From Tubulanus polymorphus (taxonomy: Eukaryota; Animalia; Nemertea): 64,000 nucleotides of DNA. The position numbers and the translations under genes are program-made. The notes below the pieces were generated by a model, which was not told where the DNA came from, searched no databases, and worked only from the letters and a program-made list of their open reading frames with translations. The stretch covers positions 2,091,355-2,155,354 of the forward strand of contig NC_134030.1 in NCBI RefSeq assembly GCF_964204645.1. The letters run 5' to 3'. Below, in pieces: positions 50,101 through 64,000 of this stretch. Within the stretch, counting starts at the first letter, position 1, and every line of letters begins with the position of its first letter.

Positions 50101-53100
50101 TACAATATATACATTGAACCAACACCAGCGACATTTCAATGATACAACCACCACAAAGCTCACATTGGATAGCTCTTTTGAATATTTTTAAATTCTAAAC
50201 ATGAAGTCCTAATGAGGACAATCGGGAAGCAGAAACAATTATAATTCAGCGACATATGATTCAATATGTATACAGAACCAACACCAGCGATATTTCAATG
50301 ATACAACCACCACAAAGCTATCGATGGATAGCTCCTTTGAATATTTATAAATTTAAAACTGTGTTGTTATAAGGATGATCAGGAAACAGAATCAATCATA
50401 ATTCAGCGACATATGATGCAATATATACAGAACCAAGACCAGCGACATTTCAATGATACAACCACCACAAAGCTATCGATGGATAGCTGCTTTGAGTATT
50501 TATACATTTAAAAGTTTAAGTCGTTATAAGGACGATCAGGAAACAAAATAATCAATCCAAATTCACCGACATATATTACAATATATACATTGAACCAACA
50601 CCAGCGACATTTCAATGATACAACCACCACAAAGCTATCAATGGATAGCTCCTTTGAATATTTATAAATTTAAAACTGTGTCGTTATAAGGATGATCAGG
50701 AAACGGAATCAATCATAATTCAGCGACATATGATGCAATATATACAGAACCAAGACCAGCGACATTTCAATGATACAACCACCACAAAGCTATCGATGGA
50801 TAGCTGCTTTGAGTATTTATACATTTAAAAGTTTAAGTCGTTATAAGGACGATCAGGAAACAAAATAATCAATCCAAATTCACCGACATATATTACAATA
50901 TATACATTGAACCAACACCAGCGACAATTTCAATGATACAACCACCACAAAGCTATCAATGGATAGCTCTTTTGAATAATTTAGAATTCAAATTAAAAAT
51001 TAAAGGAGGTCATCAGTGTTGTAACACACTGATAATTCAGCTCGTTTGTCACGTTTCTACATGACAGTTGAAGAAGGAAGGAGGAGACTCCTGCACCCAA
51101 TATCACCGCAAAACAGAGTGTATCAATAAACACCCAGCAGCAAGCAGCAGTATTAAAGGAGGTCATCAGTGTTGTAACACACTGATAATTCAGTCCGTTT
51201 GTCACGTTTCTACATAACAGTTGAAGAACTGTGTCATTATGAAACAGAATCAATCATAATTCAGCGACATGATACAATATATACAGAACCAACACCAGCG
51301 ACATTTCAAAGATACAACCACCACAAAGCTATCGATGGATAGCTCTTTTGAATATTCATACATTAAAAACTTTAAGTCGTTATAAGGACGATCAGGAAAC
51401 ATAAGAATCATAATTCAGCGATATATGATACAATATGTACACAGAACCAACACCAGCGATATTTCAAAGATACAACCACCACAAAGCTATCGATGGATAG
51501 CTCCTTTGAATATCTATAAATTTAAAACTGTGTCGTTATAAGGATGATCAGGAAACAGAATCAATCATAATTCAGCGACATATGATACAATATATACAGA
51601 ACCAACACCAGCGACATTTCAATGATACAACCACCACAAAGCTATCGATGGATAGCTCTTTTGAATATTCATACATTAAAACCTTTAATATGTTATAAGG
51701 ACGATCAGGAAACATAAGAATCATAATTCAGCGATATATGATACAATATGTACACAGAACCAACACCAGCGACATTTCAAAGATGCAACCACCACAAAGC
51801 TATCAATGGATAGCTCTTTTGAATAATTTAGAATTCAAATTTAAAATTAAAGGAGGTCATCAGTGTTGTAACACACTGATAATTCAGCTCGTTTGTCACG
51901 TTTCTACATGACAGTTGAAGAAGGAAGGAGGAGACTCCTTAACTCATTATCACCCCAAAACAGAGTGTATCAATTAACACCCAGCAGCAGGATTAAAGGA
52001 GGTCGTCAGTGTTGTAACACACTGATAATTCAGTCCGTCTGTCACGTTTCTACATGACAGTTGAAAAAGGAAGGAGGAGACTCCTGCACTCAATATCACC
52101 CCAAAACAGAGTGTATCAGTTAACACACAGCAGCAAGCAGCAGTATTAAAGGAGGTCATCAGTGTTTTAACACACTGATAATTCAGTCCGTTTGTCACGT
52201 TTCTACAAAACAGTTGAAGAACTGTGTCATTATAAGGATAATCAGGAAACAGAATCAATCATAATTCAGTGACATATGATGCAATATATACAGAACCAAC
52301 ACCAGCGACATTTCAAAGATACAACCACCACAAAGCTATCAATGGATAGCTCCTTTGAATATTTATAAATTTAAAACTGTGTCGTTATAAGGATGATCAG
52401 GAAACAGAATCAATCATAATTCAGCGACATATGATGCAATATATACAGAACCAAGACCAGCGACATTTCAATGATACAACCACCACAAAGCTATCGATGG
52501 ATAGCTGCTTTGAGTATTTATACATTTAAAAGTTTAAGTCGTTATAAGGACGATCAGGAAACAAAATAATCAATCCAAATTCACCGACATATATTACAAT
52601 ATATACATTGAACCAACACCAGCGACATTTCAATGATACAACCACCACAAAGCTATCATTGGATAGCTCCTTTGAATATTTAAAAATTTAAAACTGTGTC
52701 GTTATAAGGATGATCAGGAAACAGAATCAATCAAAATTCAGCGACATATGATACAATATGTACACAGAACCAACACCAGCGACATTGCAAAGATGCAACC
52801 ACCACAAAGCTATCAATGGATAGCTCTTTTGAATATTCATACATTTCAAACGTAAAGTCGCAATAAGGACGATCAGGAAACAAAATAATCAATCCCAATT
52901 CACCGACATATATTACAACATATACATTGAACCAACACCAGCGACATTTCAATGATACAACCACCACAAAGCTATCAATGGATAGCTCTTTTGAATATTT
53001 AAACATTTAAAACTTTAAGTCGCAATAAGGATGATCAGGAAACATAAGAATCATAATTCAGCGACAAATGATACAATATGTACACAGAACCAACACCAGC

Positions 53101-54275
53101 GACATTTCAAAGATACAATCACCACAAAGCTATCATTGGATAGCTCCTTTGAATATTTAAACATTTAAAACTTTAAGTCGCAATAAGGATGATCAGGAAA
53201 CATAAGAATCATAATTCAGCGACATATGATACAATATGTACACAGAACCAACACCAGCGACATTTCAAAGATGCAACCACCACAAGGCTATCATTGGATA
53301 GCTCCTTTGAATATTTAAACATTTAAAACTTTAAGTCGTTATAAGGATGATCAGGAAACAGAATCAATCAAAATTCAGCGACATGTGATACAATATGTAC
53401 ACAGAACCAACACCAGCGACATTTCAATGATACAACCACCACAAAGCTATCAATGGATAGCTCTTTTGAATATTTTTAAATTCTAAAGATAAAGTCCTAA
53501 TGAGGACAATCGGGAAGCAGAAACAATTATAATTCAGCGACATATGATTCAATATATACAGAACCAACACCAGCGACATTTCAATGATACAACCACCACA
53601 AAGCTATCAATGAATAGCTGCTTTGAATATCAATACATTCAAAACTTTAAGTCGTTATAAGGATGACCAGGAAACAGAATCAATCATAAGTCAGTGATAT
53701 ATGATACAATATGTACACAAAACCAACACCAGCGACATTTCAATGATACAACCACCACAAAGCTATCAATGGATAGCTCCTTTGAATATCAATCCATTCA
53801 AAACTTTAAGTCATTATAAGGACGATCAGGAAACAGGATCAATCATAAGTCAGTGATATATGATACAATATGTACACAGAACCAACACCAGCGACATTTC
53901 AAAGATGCAACCACCACAAAGCTATCAATGGATAGCTCTTTTGAATATTTTTAAATTCTAAACATAAAGTCCTAATGAGGACAATCGGGAAGCAGAAACA
54001 ATCATAATTCAGCGATATATGATACAATATGTATACAGAACCAACACCAGCGACATTTCAATGATACAACCACCACAAAGCTATCAATGGATAGCTCCTT
54101 TGAATATCAATACATTCAAAACATTGAGTCGTTATAAGGACGATCAGGAAACAGAATCAATCATAAGTCAGTGATATATGATACAATATGTACACAGAAC
54201 CAACACCAGCGACATTTCAAAGATGCAACCACCACAAAGCTTTCAATGGATAGGTCTTTTGAATAATTAAGAATT
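44131..54275. repeat. Satellite A array of copy 2 with six B blocks
   Basis: Same monomers. B blocks at ~45799-46028, 46350-46578, 46884-47111, 48226-48452, 51000-51228 and 51848-52221. Confidence 0.98.
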
Positions 54276-54287
54276 CAAATTTAAAAT

Positions 54288-55745
54288 TAAAGGAGGTCAT
54301 CAGTGTTGTAACACACTGATAATTCAGTTCGTTTGTCACGTTTCTACATGACAGTTGAAGAAGGAAGGAGGAGACTCCTTAACTCATTATTACCCCAAAA
54401 CAGAGTGTATCAATTAACACCCAGCAGCAAGCAGCAGTATTAAAGGAGGTCGTCAGTGTTGTAACACACTGACAATTCAGTCCGTTTGTCACGTTTCTAC
54501 ATGACAGTTGAAGGAGGAAGGAGGAGACTCCTGTGCTCAATATCACCCCAAAGCGAAGTGTATCAATTAACACCCAGCAGCAAGCAGCAGTATTAAAGGA
54601 GGCAATCAGTGTTGTAACACACTGACAATTCAGTTTGTTTGTCACGTTTCTACATGACAGTTGAAGAAGGAAGGAGGAGACTCCTTAACTCATTATCACC
54701 CCAAAACAGAGTGTATCAATTAACACCCAGCAGCAAGCAGCAGTATTAAAGGAGGCCATCAGTGTTGTAACACACTGACAATTCAGTCCGTTTGTTACGT
54801 TTCTACATGACAGTTGAAGAAGGAAGGAGGAGACTCCTTAACTCATTATCACCCCAAAACAGAGTGTATCAATTAACACCCAGCAGCAAGCAGCAGTATT
54901 GAAGGAGGTCGTCAGTGTTGTAACACACTGATAATTCAGTTCGTTTGTCACGTTTCTTCATGACAGTTGAAGCAGGAAGGAGGAGACTCCTGCACCCAAT
55001 ATCACCCCAAAACTGAGTGTATCAATTAACACCCAGCAGCAAGCAGCAGTATTTAAGGAGGATGATTCATGATGTTATAATGTTTAATGTAATAATTCAA
55101 GAAGGTAAGGGAAAGAGAAAAAATTCTCAATATCACCTCTAAATCAAAGAATTAACACCCAGCAGCAAGCAGCAGTATTAAAGGAGGTCATCAGTGATGT
55201 AACACACTGATAATTCAGTTTGTCACGTTTCTACATGACAGTTGAAGAAGGAAGGAGGAGACTGCTGAACTCAATATCACCTCAAAACAGAGTGTATCAA
55301 TTAACACTTAGCAGCAAACAGCAGTATTAAAGGAGGTCGTCAGTGTTGTAACGCACTGATAATTCAGTTCGTTTGTCACGTTTCTACATGACAGTTGAAG
55401 AAGGAAGGAGGAGACTCCTGAACTCAATATCACCCCAAAACAGAGTGTATCAATTAACACCTAGCAGCAAACAGCAGTATCAAAGGAGGTCATCAGTGTA
55501 ATTTGATAATGTAATTATGTAATGATTCATGATGTTATAATGTTTAATGTAATAATTCTATTGTAATAATGTTTAATGTAGTAATACAAGAAGGTAAGGG
55601 AAAGAGATACAATTCTCAATATCACCTCTAAATCAAAAACACACAGCAGCAACGAGCAGTATTTGAATAAGGCAGCTATCAGTGTTGTAAGTCACTGACA
55701 ATTCCTTGTACCTCACAGTTCTACTTGACAATTCAAGAAGGTCAG
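54288..55745. repeat. Satellite B pure array of copy 2
   Basis: Monomer-for-monomer match with 17930-19390. Confidence 0.97.
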
Positions 55746-56024
55746 GTTGATTTAGCAGTAATTTAGCCACAGTGTTTTGTAACACTTAACTTCCGTCACC
55801 ACCAATTGATTTAGCAGTAATTCACCCAGAGTGTTTTTATTTTTAACTTTTAACTTTCATCACTACCAATTGATTTAGCAGTAATTCACCCACTTTTACT
55901 TCACTTTTATCATAGTTTGAAATGAGCCGCAATCAATGAACAGTTCAAACTTTTCTATTGAGGAAACCACAGCAAAAAACTAAATGTATACAAACAATTG
56001 AGTGTCTTATTTAATTGTCAAATA

Positions 56025-59000
56025 TTAAATCAAAAGGAGGAGGGACTAATGTATTGTAATGGTATCAATGCTACGAATGTATGTAAAAATTACTGATAAA
56101 ATGTATTGCTAAAACATATGTTTAAAAGAGGCAGTTTAATGTCATACCACAGGACAAAACAGATTAAAAAAAAAAGAGAGTTTAGAAAAGAAAGAGAAAT
56201 AAAAACTACTATTTACACATTTACAATATTTACAAGAAAGTTAAAAAAAGAGAGAGAAATAAAAACTACTATTTACAAATTTACAAGAAAGTTAAAAAAA
56301 AAGAAATAAAAAAAAATATTTACAAATTTACAATATTTACAAGAAAGTTAAAAAAAGAGAGAGAGAAATAAAAACTACTATTTACAAATGTACAATATTT
56401 ACAAGAAAGGTTAAAAACTGTTAAAAAGAGGCAGTTTAACGTCGTACCACAGGACAAAACAGATAAAAAAAAGGGAGTTTAGAAAAGAAAGAGAAATAAA
56501 AACTACTTTTTACAAATTTACAATATTTACAAGAAAGTTAAAAAAAGAGAGAGAAATAAAAACTACTATTTACAAATTTACAATATTTACAAGAAAGTTA
56601 AAAAGAGAGAGAGAGAAATAAAAACTACTATTTACAAATTTACAAGAAAGTTAAAAAAAAGAAATAAAAACAAATATTTACAAATTTACAATATTTACAA
56701 GAAAGTTAAAAAAAGAGAGAGAGAAATAAAAACTACTATTTACAAATGTACAATATTTACAAGAAAGGTTAAAAACTGTTAAAAAGAGGCAGTTTAACGT
56801 CGTACCACAGGACAAATGTTAAAAAGTTTTTAAGAAAATATTCCGGAATGTAATATGCAGTAAAAATTAAAATCATAAAAATATATATACACTAATAAAA
56901 AGATAAAATCGAATAACTATTTACAAATTTACAATATTTACAAGAAATAAAAACTAATATTTACAAATTTACAATAGAGGAATAAAAACTAATATTTACA
57001 AATTTACAATATTTACAAGAGAGAAAGAAAAGAGAGAGAGAAAGAAAAGAGAGAGAGAGAAAGAGGGAAACGGAGGGAAATAAAAACTACTATTTACAAA
57101 TTTACAATATTTACAAGAGAGAGAGAGGGACAGAAAGAGAGAGAGAAAGAGAGAGAGAAGAGAGATGAGGGAGAGAGAGAGGAGAGAGGAGGGAGAGAGA
57201 GGAGGGAGAGGAGAGAGAGGGGAGAGAGGAGGGAGAGAGAGGAGGAAGGAGAAAGGAAAGGGGTGAGAGGAAGAGAAGAGAGAGAGGAGAGAGTTAGTGG
57301 GTTAGAGAGAGAGGAAGAGAGAGTTAGTGGGTTAGAGAAAGAGGAAGAGAGAGTTAGTGGGTTAGAGAAAGAGGGAAAGGATAGAGAAAGGGAAAGGATA
57401 GAGGGGGAAAGGATAGAGACAGAGAGGGAAAGGATAGAGAGACAGAGAAAAAGAATAGAGACAGAGAGAGAAAGGACAGAGACAGGGAGGGAAAGCATAG
57501 AGACAGAGAGGGAAAGGATAGAGACAGAGAGGGAAAGGATAGAGACAGGTAGAAAGAAGGGGTGATAAAAACGATAAAACATATGGGTAAAAACAATAAA
57601 ACAAATGATAAAACATATGGGTAAAATGATAAAAAATGATAAAAACTGTTAAAAAGAGGCAGTTTAACGTCGTACCACAGGACAAACAGATAAAAATCGC
57701 TGATAAAATCTATTGATAAAACGTATTGTTTAAAAGAGACAGTTTAGAAAAGAAAGAGAAATAAAAACTACTATTTACAAATTTACAATATTTACAAGAA
57801 AGTTGAAAAGAGAGAGAGAGAAATAAAAACTACTATTTACAAATGTGCAATATTTACAAGAAAATTAAAAAAAGAGAAATAAAAACCACTATTTACAAAT
57901 TTACAAAATTTACAAGAAAGTTAAAAGAGAAATAAATACTGCTATTTACAAATTTACAATATTTACAAAAGAGAGAGAGGGGGAGAGAAAAGAAAGAGAG
58001 AGTGGGTAAAATTATAAAAAATGATAAAAACTGTTAAAAAGAGGCAGTTTAACGTCATACCACAGGACAAACAGATAAAAATCACTAATAAAATGTATTG
58101 ATAAAACGTATTGTTAAAAAGAGGCAGTTTAACGTCATACCACAGGACAACTTGTAAACACACTAGCAATACTACTCATGTTTGTAGGTAAAGTATTTTA
58201 GACAATTATATAACTTTTTCAACCTCTGCAATATCAATTCTACAAGTTATCTTTAAAATTGTTTATATGAAATAAACCAACTAAACAGAATGTAGCATTG
58301 AATTTATATTAATGTTATCAGGAGCTGAAAATCCTAATCCACTGTTTCAGTACATGTATCAATGTTTCAGTACATGTATCAATGTTTCAGTACATGTATC
58401 AAACTTTCAATGTTTAATAAAGTTTCACTACTATCAATTAATTCAGCAGTCTACAAAAGATTTGCGTCTTATTATTTCGTGATGAGAGAGAGGAGAGAGA
58501 GTGGAGTCATGTAGGAAATGTAGCGATAAACCTTTCTAAGTGTTTTTACAAATGCAAATCAGTCTATTCTAGACTATGGACGTTTATTGCTGGAGGAGAC
58601 AAACCGTATTCCAATTGAATCCATTTTTAGCTTTAAGACGTTTATAATACCAGCATTCATCATCATCAACCCAAAGCTGAATTACTTCAAACCAATAAGA
58701 AGAGATATACTGCAACCATCGACCTGTGAGGGGAAATTATGCTCAATCATTGAGATGATTGCTCAGAGCTGCAACCAATGAAGTGAAATCCAATCAATGA
58801 GGGAAAAGTATACTGCAACTGATTAGGGGAAGTGAACTTCAAACCTGTGAGGGGAAATTATGCTCAATCATTGAGATGATTGAGCATAGCTTCAACCGAT
58901 GAAGTGAAATCCAATCAATGAGGGAAAAGTATACTGCAACTGATTAGGGGAAGTGAACTGCAAACCTGTGAGGGGAAATTATGCTCAATCATTGAGATGA

Positions 59001-59932
59001 TTGAGCATAGCTTCAACCAATGAAGTGAAATCCAATCAATGAGAGAAAAGTATACTGCAACTGATTAGGGGAAGTGAACTGCAAACCTGTGAGGGGAAAT
59101 TATGCTCAATCATTGAGATGATTGAGCATAGCTTCAACCGATGATGGTAAATAATACTTCGAACCAGTGAGGGGTAATTATACCGCAATCCACGAGGGAT
59201 CGTGCAAACCAGTGGTAGTTATAGACACTTGCAATCTAGCAGATTAGAGATCAAATCACTCCAATCCTTATTTCTTGACGTAAAATTAAATGCTCTTCTG
59301 TCTTTGATAAATTGTATTTGAAATAAAACACTACAATTTTCTTAACTAGAATCTTCTTTCAAATGTTAAACAAAAAGGAGGAAGGACTAAATGTAATGGT
59401 ATCAATGCTACAAATGTATGTAAAAAGTGAAAAGTAATAGTTTGAAACCAAGCGTGAATGCATTCATTCTGTTGTATTGAATAAAGTGAGATTTGATGAC
59501 AATTACGAACATATATTAAAATTGGCTCTAAAATAGTTTCAATTAAAAAATAGATATCTATTAGTTTGAAAATTTAAAACGTTTTCAAGAAAAGCAACTC
59601 TTAAAAATGTACAAATAATTGTTTAAAAAGTTTTTAAGAAAATATTCCGGAATGTAATATGTAGTAAAAATTAAAATCATAAAAATATATATACACTAAT
59701 AAAAAGATAAAAACGAATAACTATTTACAAATTTACAATATTTACAAGAGAGAAATAAAAACTGCTATTAACAAATTTACAATATTTATAAGAGAGGAAT
59801 AAAAACTAATATATTTACAAATTTACAATATTTACAAGAGAGAAAGAAAAGAGAGAGAGAAAGAAAAGAGAGAGAGAGAGGGGGAAACGGAGGGAAATAA
59901 AAACTACTATTTACAAATTTACAATATTTACA

Positions 59933-59967
<35 letters not shown>

Positions 59968-62127
59968 GAGAAGGAAGAGAGATGAGGGAGAGAGAGAGGA
60001 GAGAGAAGGGAGAGAGAGGAGGGAGAGGAGAGAGAGAGGGGAGAGAGGAGGGAGAGAGAGGAGGGAGGAGAAAGGAGAGGGGTGAGAGGAAGAGAAGAGA
60101 GAGAGGAGAGAGTTAGTGGGTTAGAGAGAGAGGAAGAGAGAGTTAGTGGGTTAGAAAAAGAGAGAGAGTTAGTGGGTTAGAGAAAGAGGAAGAGAGAGTT
60201 AGTGGGTTAGAGAAAGAGGGAAAGGATAGAGAGAGGGAAAGGATAGAGGGGGAAAGGATAGAGACAGAGAGGGAAAGGATAGAGAGACAGAGAAAAAGAA
60301 TAGAGACAGAGAGAGAAAGGACAGAGACAGGGAGGGAAAGCATAGAGACAGAGAGGGAAAGAATAGAGACAGAGAGGGAAAGGATAGAGACAGGTAGAAA
60401 GAAGGGGTGATAAAAACGATAAAACATATGGGTAAAAACAATAAAACAAATGATAAAACATATGGGTAAAATGATAAAAAATGATAAAAACTGTTAAAAA
60501 GAGGCAGTTTAACGTCGTACCACAGGACAAACAGATAAAAATCACTAATAAAATGTATGGATAAAACGTATTGTTAAAAAGAGGCAGTTTAACGTCATAC
60601 CACAGGACAAATAGATAAAAATCACTAATAAAATGTATAAATAAAACGTATTGTTAAAAAGAGGCAGTTTAACGTCATACCATAGGACAACTTGTAAACT
60701 GAGGTACACTAGCAATACTACTCACGTTTGTAGGTAAAGTATTTTAGACAATTATATAACTTTTTCAACCTCTGCAATATCAATTCTACAAGTCATCTTT
60801 AAAATTGTTTATTTGAAATAAACCAACAAAACAGAATGTAGCATTGAATTTATATTAATGTTATCAGGAGCTGAAAATCCTAATCCACTGTTTCAGTACA
60901 TGTATCAATGTTTCAGTACATGTATCAATGTTTCAGTACATGTATCAAACTTTCAATGTTTAATAAAGTTTCACTACTATCAATTAATTCAGCAGTCTAC
61001 AAAAGATTTGCGTCTTACTTATTTCGTGATGAGAGAGAGGAGAGAGAGTGGAGTCATGTAGAAAATGTAGCGATACACCTTTCAAAGTGTTTTTACAAAT
61101 GCAAATCAGTCTATTCTAGACTATGGACGTTTATTGCTGGAGGAGACAAACCGTATTCCAATTGAATCCATTTTTAGCTTTAAGACGTTTATAATACCAG
61201 CATTCATCATCATCAACCCAAAGCTGAATTACTTCAAACCAATAAGAAGAGATATACTGCAACCAACGACCTGTGAGGGGAAATTATGCTCAATCATTGA
61301 GATGATTGAGCATAGCTTCAACCGATGATGGTAAATAATATTTCGAACCAGTGAGGGGTAATTATACCGCAATCCACGAGGGATCGTGCAAACCAGTGGT
61401 AGTTATAGACACTTGCAATCTAGCAGATTAGAGATCAAAGGAAGCAACGTCACTCCAATCCTTATTTCTTGACGTAAAATTAAATGCTCTTTTGTCTTTG
61501 ATAAATTGTATTTGAAATAAAACACTACAATTTTCTTAACTAGAATCTTCTTTCAAATGTTAAACAAAAAGGAGGAAGGACTAATGTAATGGTATCAATG
61601 CTACTAATGTATTCAAAAAGTGAAAAGTAATAGTTTGAAACCAAGCGTGAATGCATTCATTCTGTTGAATTGAATAAAGTGAGATTTGATGACAATTACG
61701 AACATATATTAAAATTGGCTCTAAAATAGTTTCAATTAAAAAATAGATATCTATTAGTTTGAAAATTTAAAACGTTTTCAAGAAAAGAAACTCTTAAAAA
61801 TGTACAAATAATTGTTTAAAAAGTTTTTAAGAAAATATTCCGGAATGTAATATGTAGTAAAAATTAAAATCATAAAAATATATATACACTAATAAAAAGA
61901 TAAAAACGAATAACTATTTACAAATTTACAATATTTACAAGAGAGAAATAAAAACTACTATTAACAAATTTACAATATTTACAAGAGAGGAATAAAAACT
62001 AATATATTTACAAATTTACAATATTTACAAGAGAGAAAGAAAAGAGAGAGAGAAAGAAAAGAGAGAGAGAGAGAGGGGGAAACGGAGGGAAATAAAAACT
62101 ACTATTTACAAATTTACAATATTTACA

Positions 62128-62162
<35 letters not shown>

Positions 62163-64000
62163 GAGAAGGAAGAGAGATGAGGGAGAGAGGGAGAGGAGAG
62201 AGGAGGGAGAGAGAGAGAGGAGGGAGAGGAGAGAGAGAGGGGAGAGAGGAGGGAGAGAGAGGAGGGAGGAGAAAGGAGAGGGGTGAGAGGAAGAGAAGAG
62301 AGAGAGGAGAGAGTTAGTGGGTTAGAGAGAGAGGAAGAGAGAGTTAGTGGGTTAGAAAAAGAGAGAGAGTTAGTGGGTTAGAGAAAGAGGAAGAGAGAGT
62401 TAGTGGGTTAGAGAAAGAGGGAAAGGATAGAGAGAGGGAAAGGATAGAGGGGGAAAGAATAGAGACAGAGAGGGAAAGGATAGAGAGACAGAGAAAAAGA
62501 ATAGAGACAGAGAGAGAAAGGACAGAGACAGGGAGGGAAAGCATAGAGACAGAGAGGGAAAGGATAGAGACAGAGAGGGAAAGGATAGAGACAGGTAGAA
62601 AGAAGGGGTGATAAAAACGATAAAACATATGGGTAAAAACAATAAAACAAATGATAAAACATATGGGTAAAATGATAAAAAATGATAAAAACTGTTAAAA
62701 AGAGGCAGTTTAACGTCGTACCACAGGACAAACAGATAAAAATCACTAATAAAATGTGTGGATAAAACGTATTGTTAAAAAGAGGCAGTTTAACGTCGTA
62801 CCACAGGACAAACAGATAAAAATCACTGATAAAATGTATGGATAAAACGTATTGTTGAAAAGAGGCAGTTTAATGTCATACCACAGGACAACTTGTAAAC
62901 AGAGGTACACTAGCAATACTACTCATGTTTGTAGGTAAAGTATTTTAGACAATTATATAACTTTTTCAACCTCTGCAATATCAATTCTACAAGTTATCTT
63001 TAAAATTGTTTATATGAAATAAACCAACTAAACAGAATGTAGCATTGAATTTATATTAATGTTACCAGGAGCTGAAAATCCTAATCCACTGTTTCAGTAC
63101 ATGTATCAATGTTTCAGTACATGTATCAAACTTTCAATGTTTAATAAAGTTTCACTACTATCAATTAATTCAGCAGTCTACAAAAGATTTGCGTCTTACT
63201 TATTTCGTGATGAGAGAGAGGAGAGAGAGTGGAGTCATGTAGGAAATGTAGCGATACACCTTTCAAAGTGTTTTTACAAATGCAAATCAGTCTATTCTAG
63301 ATTATGGAAGTTTATTGCTGGAGGAGACAAACCGTATTCCAATTGAATCCATTTTTAGCTTTAAGACGTTTATAATACCAGCATTCATTATCATCAACCC
63401 GAAGCTGAATTACTTCAAACCAATTAGAAGAGATATACTGCAACCAACGACCTGTGAGGGGAAATTATGCTCAATCCTTATTTCTTGACGTAAAATTAAA
63501 TGCTCTTTTGTCTTTGATAAATTGTATTTGAAATAAAACACTACAATTTTCTTAACTAGAATCTTCTTTCAAATGTTAAATAAAAAGGAGGAAGGACTAA
63601 ATGTAATGGTATCAATGCTACAAATGTATGTAAAAAGTGAAAAGTAATAGTTTGAAGCCAAGCGTGAATGCATTCATTCTGTTGTATTGAATAAAGTGAG
63701 ATTTGATGACAATTACGAACATATATTAAAATTGGCTCTAAAATAGTTTCAATTAAAAAATAAATATCTATTAGTTTGAAAATTTAAAACGTTTTCAAGA
63801 AAAGAAACTCTTAAAAATGTACAAATAATTGTTTAAAAAGTTTTTAAGAAAATATTCTGGGATGTAATATATAATAAAAATTAAAATCATAAAAATATAT
63901 ATACACTAATAAAAAGATAAAAACGATAAAAAGATAAAAAGAGAATAACTATTTACAAATCTACAATATTTACAAGAGAGAAATAAAAACTACTATTAAC
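56025..64000. repeat. Compound repeat C in copy 2, at least 3 full copies plus the start of a fourth
   Basis: Copies start at ~56025, 59365, 61560 and 63577. Confidence 0.95.

Larger units (their letters stand above)
38569..64000. repeat. Copy 2 of the macro-unit, truncated by the window end (corresponds to ~1-26.3 kb of copy 1)
   Basis: Collinear with copy 1. About 14 differences counted by eye in the first 1.2 kb, plus copy-number differences in the internal arrays. Confidence 0.95.

Noticed and set aside
57094-57685. Leu/Ser/Phe-rich and Glu/Arg-rich ORFs up to 162 aa
   Set aside because: Artefacts of GA/CT low-complexity tracts, open in several frames on both strands.

Overview
AT-rich eukaryotic DNA, most likely an invertebrate animal. 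I find no credible intact protein-coding gene, rRNA, tRNA gene or CRISPR array, and nearly all listed ORFs are read-throughs of tandem repeats. The window is a large head-to-tail duplication with a period of about 38.57 kb: position 1 restarts at 38569, with about 1% divergence by eye in unique sequence. The segment 27.2-38.5 kb is seen only once because the window ends first. Each unit is a mosaic of two MITE-like elements, tRNA/B-box relics, a 26/28-bp minisatellite, intermixed 159-bp and 153-bp satellites, a 2-3.6 kb compound repeat with GA-rich tracts, a 62-bp hairpin array and a 1.7-kb triplication. The clear splice signals I found (GT-AG introns of 70-87 nt, repeated exons) lie on the minus strand, as do a promoter-like CRE/CCAAT/YY1 cluster near 37.2 kb and candidate poly(A) signals near 3.4-3.6 kb. 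This suggests a very long, spliced, repeat-built non-coding RNA. On that same strand three unrelated repeat families carry Pumilio response elements (UGUAHAUA), roughly 110 per unit by hand count, and most repeat monomers fold into short hairpins. The main hypothesis is a tandemly amplified Pumilio/RBP-binding lncRNA, NORAD-like in motif content and Xist/Rsx-like in layout. This is inference from sequence only; transcription is not demonstrated.
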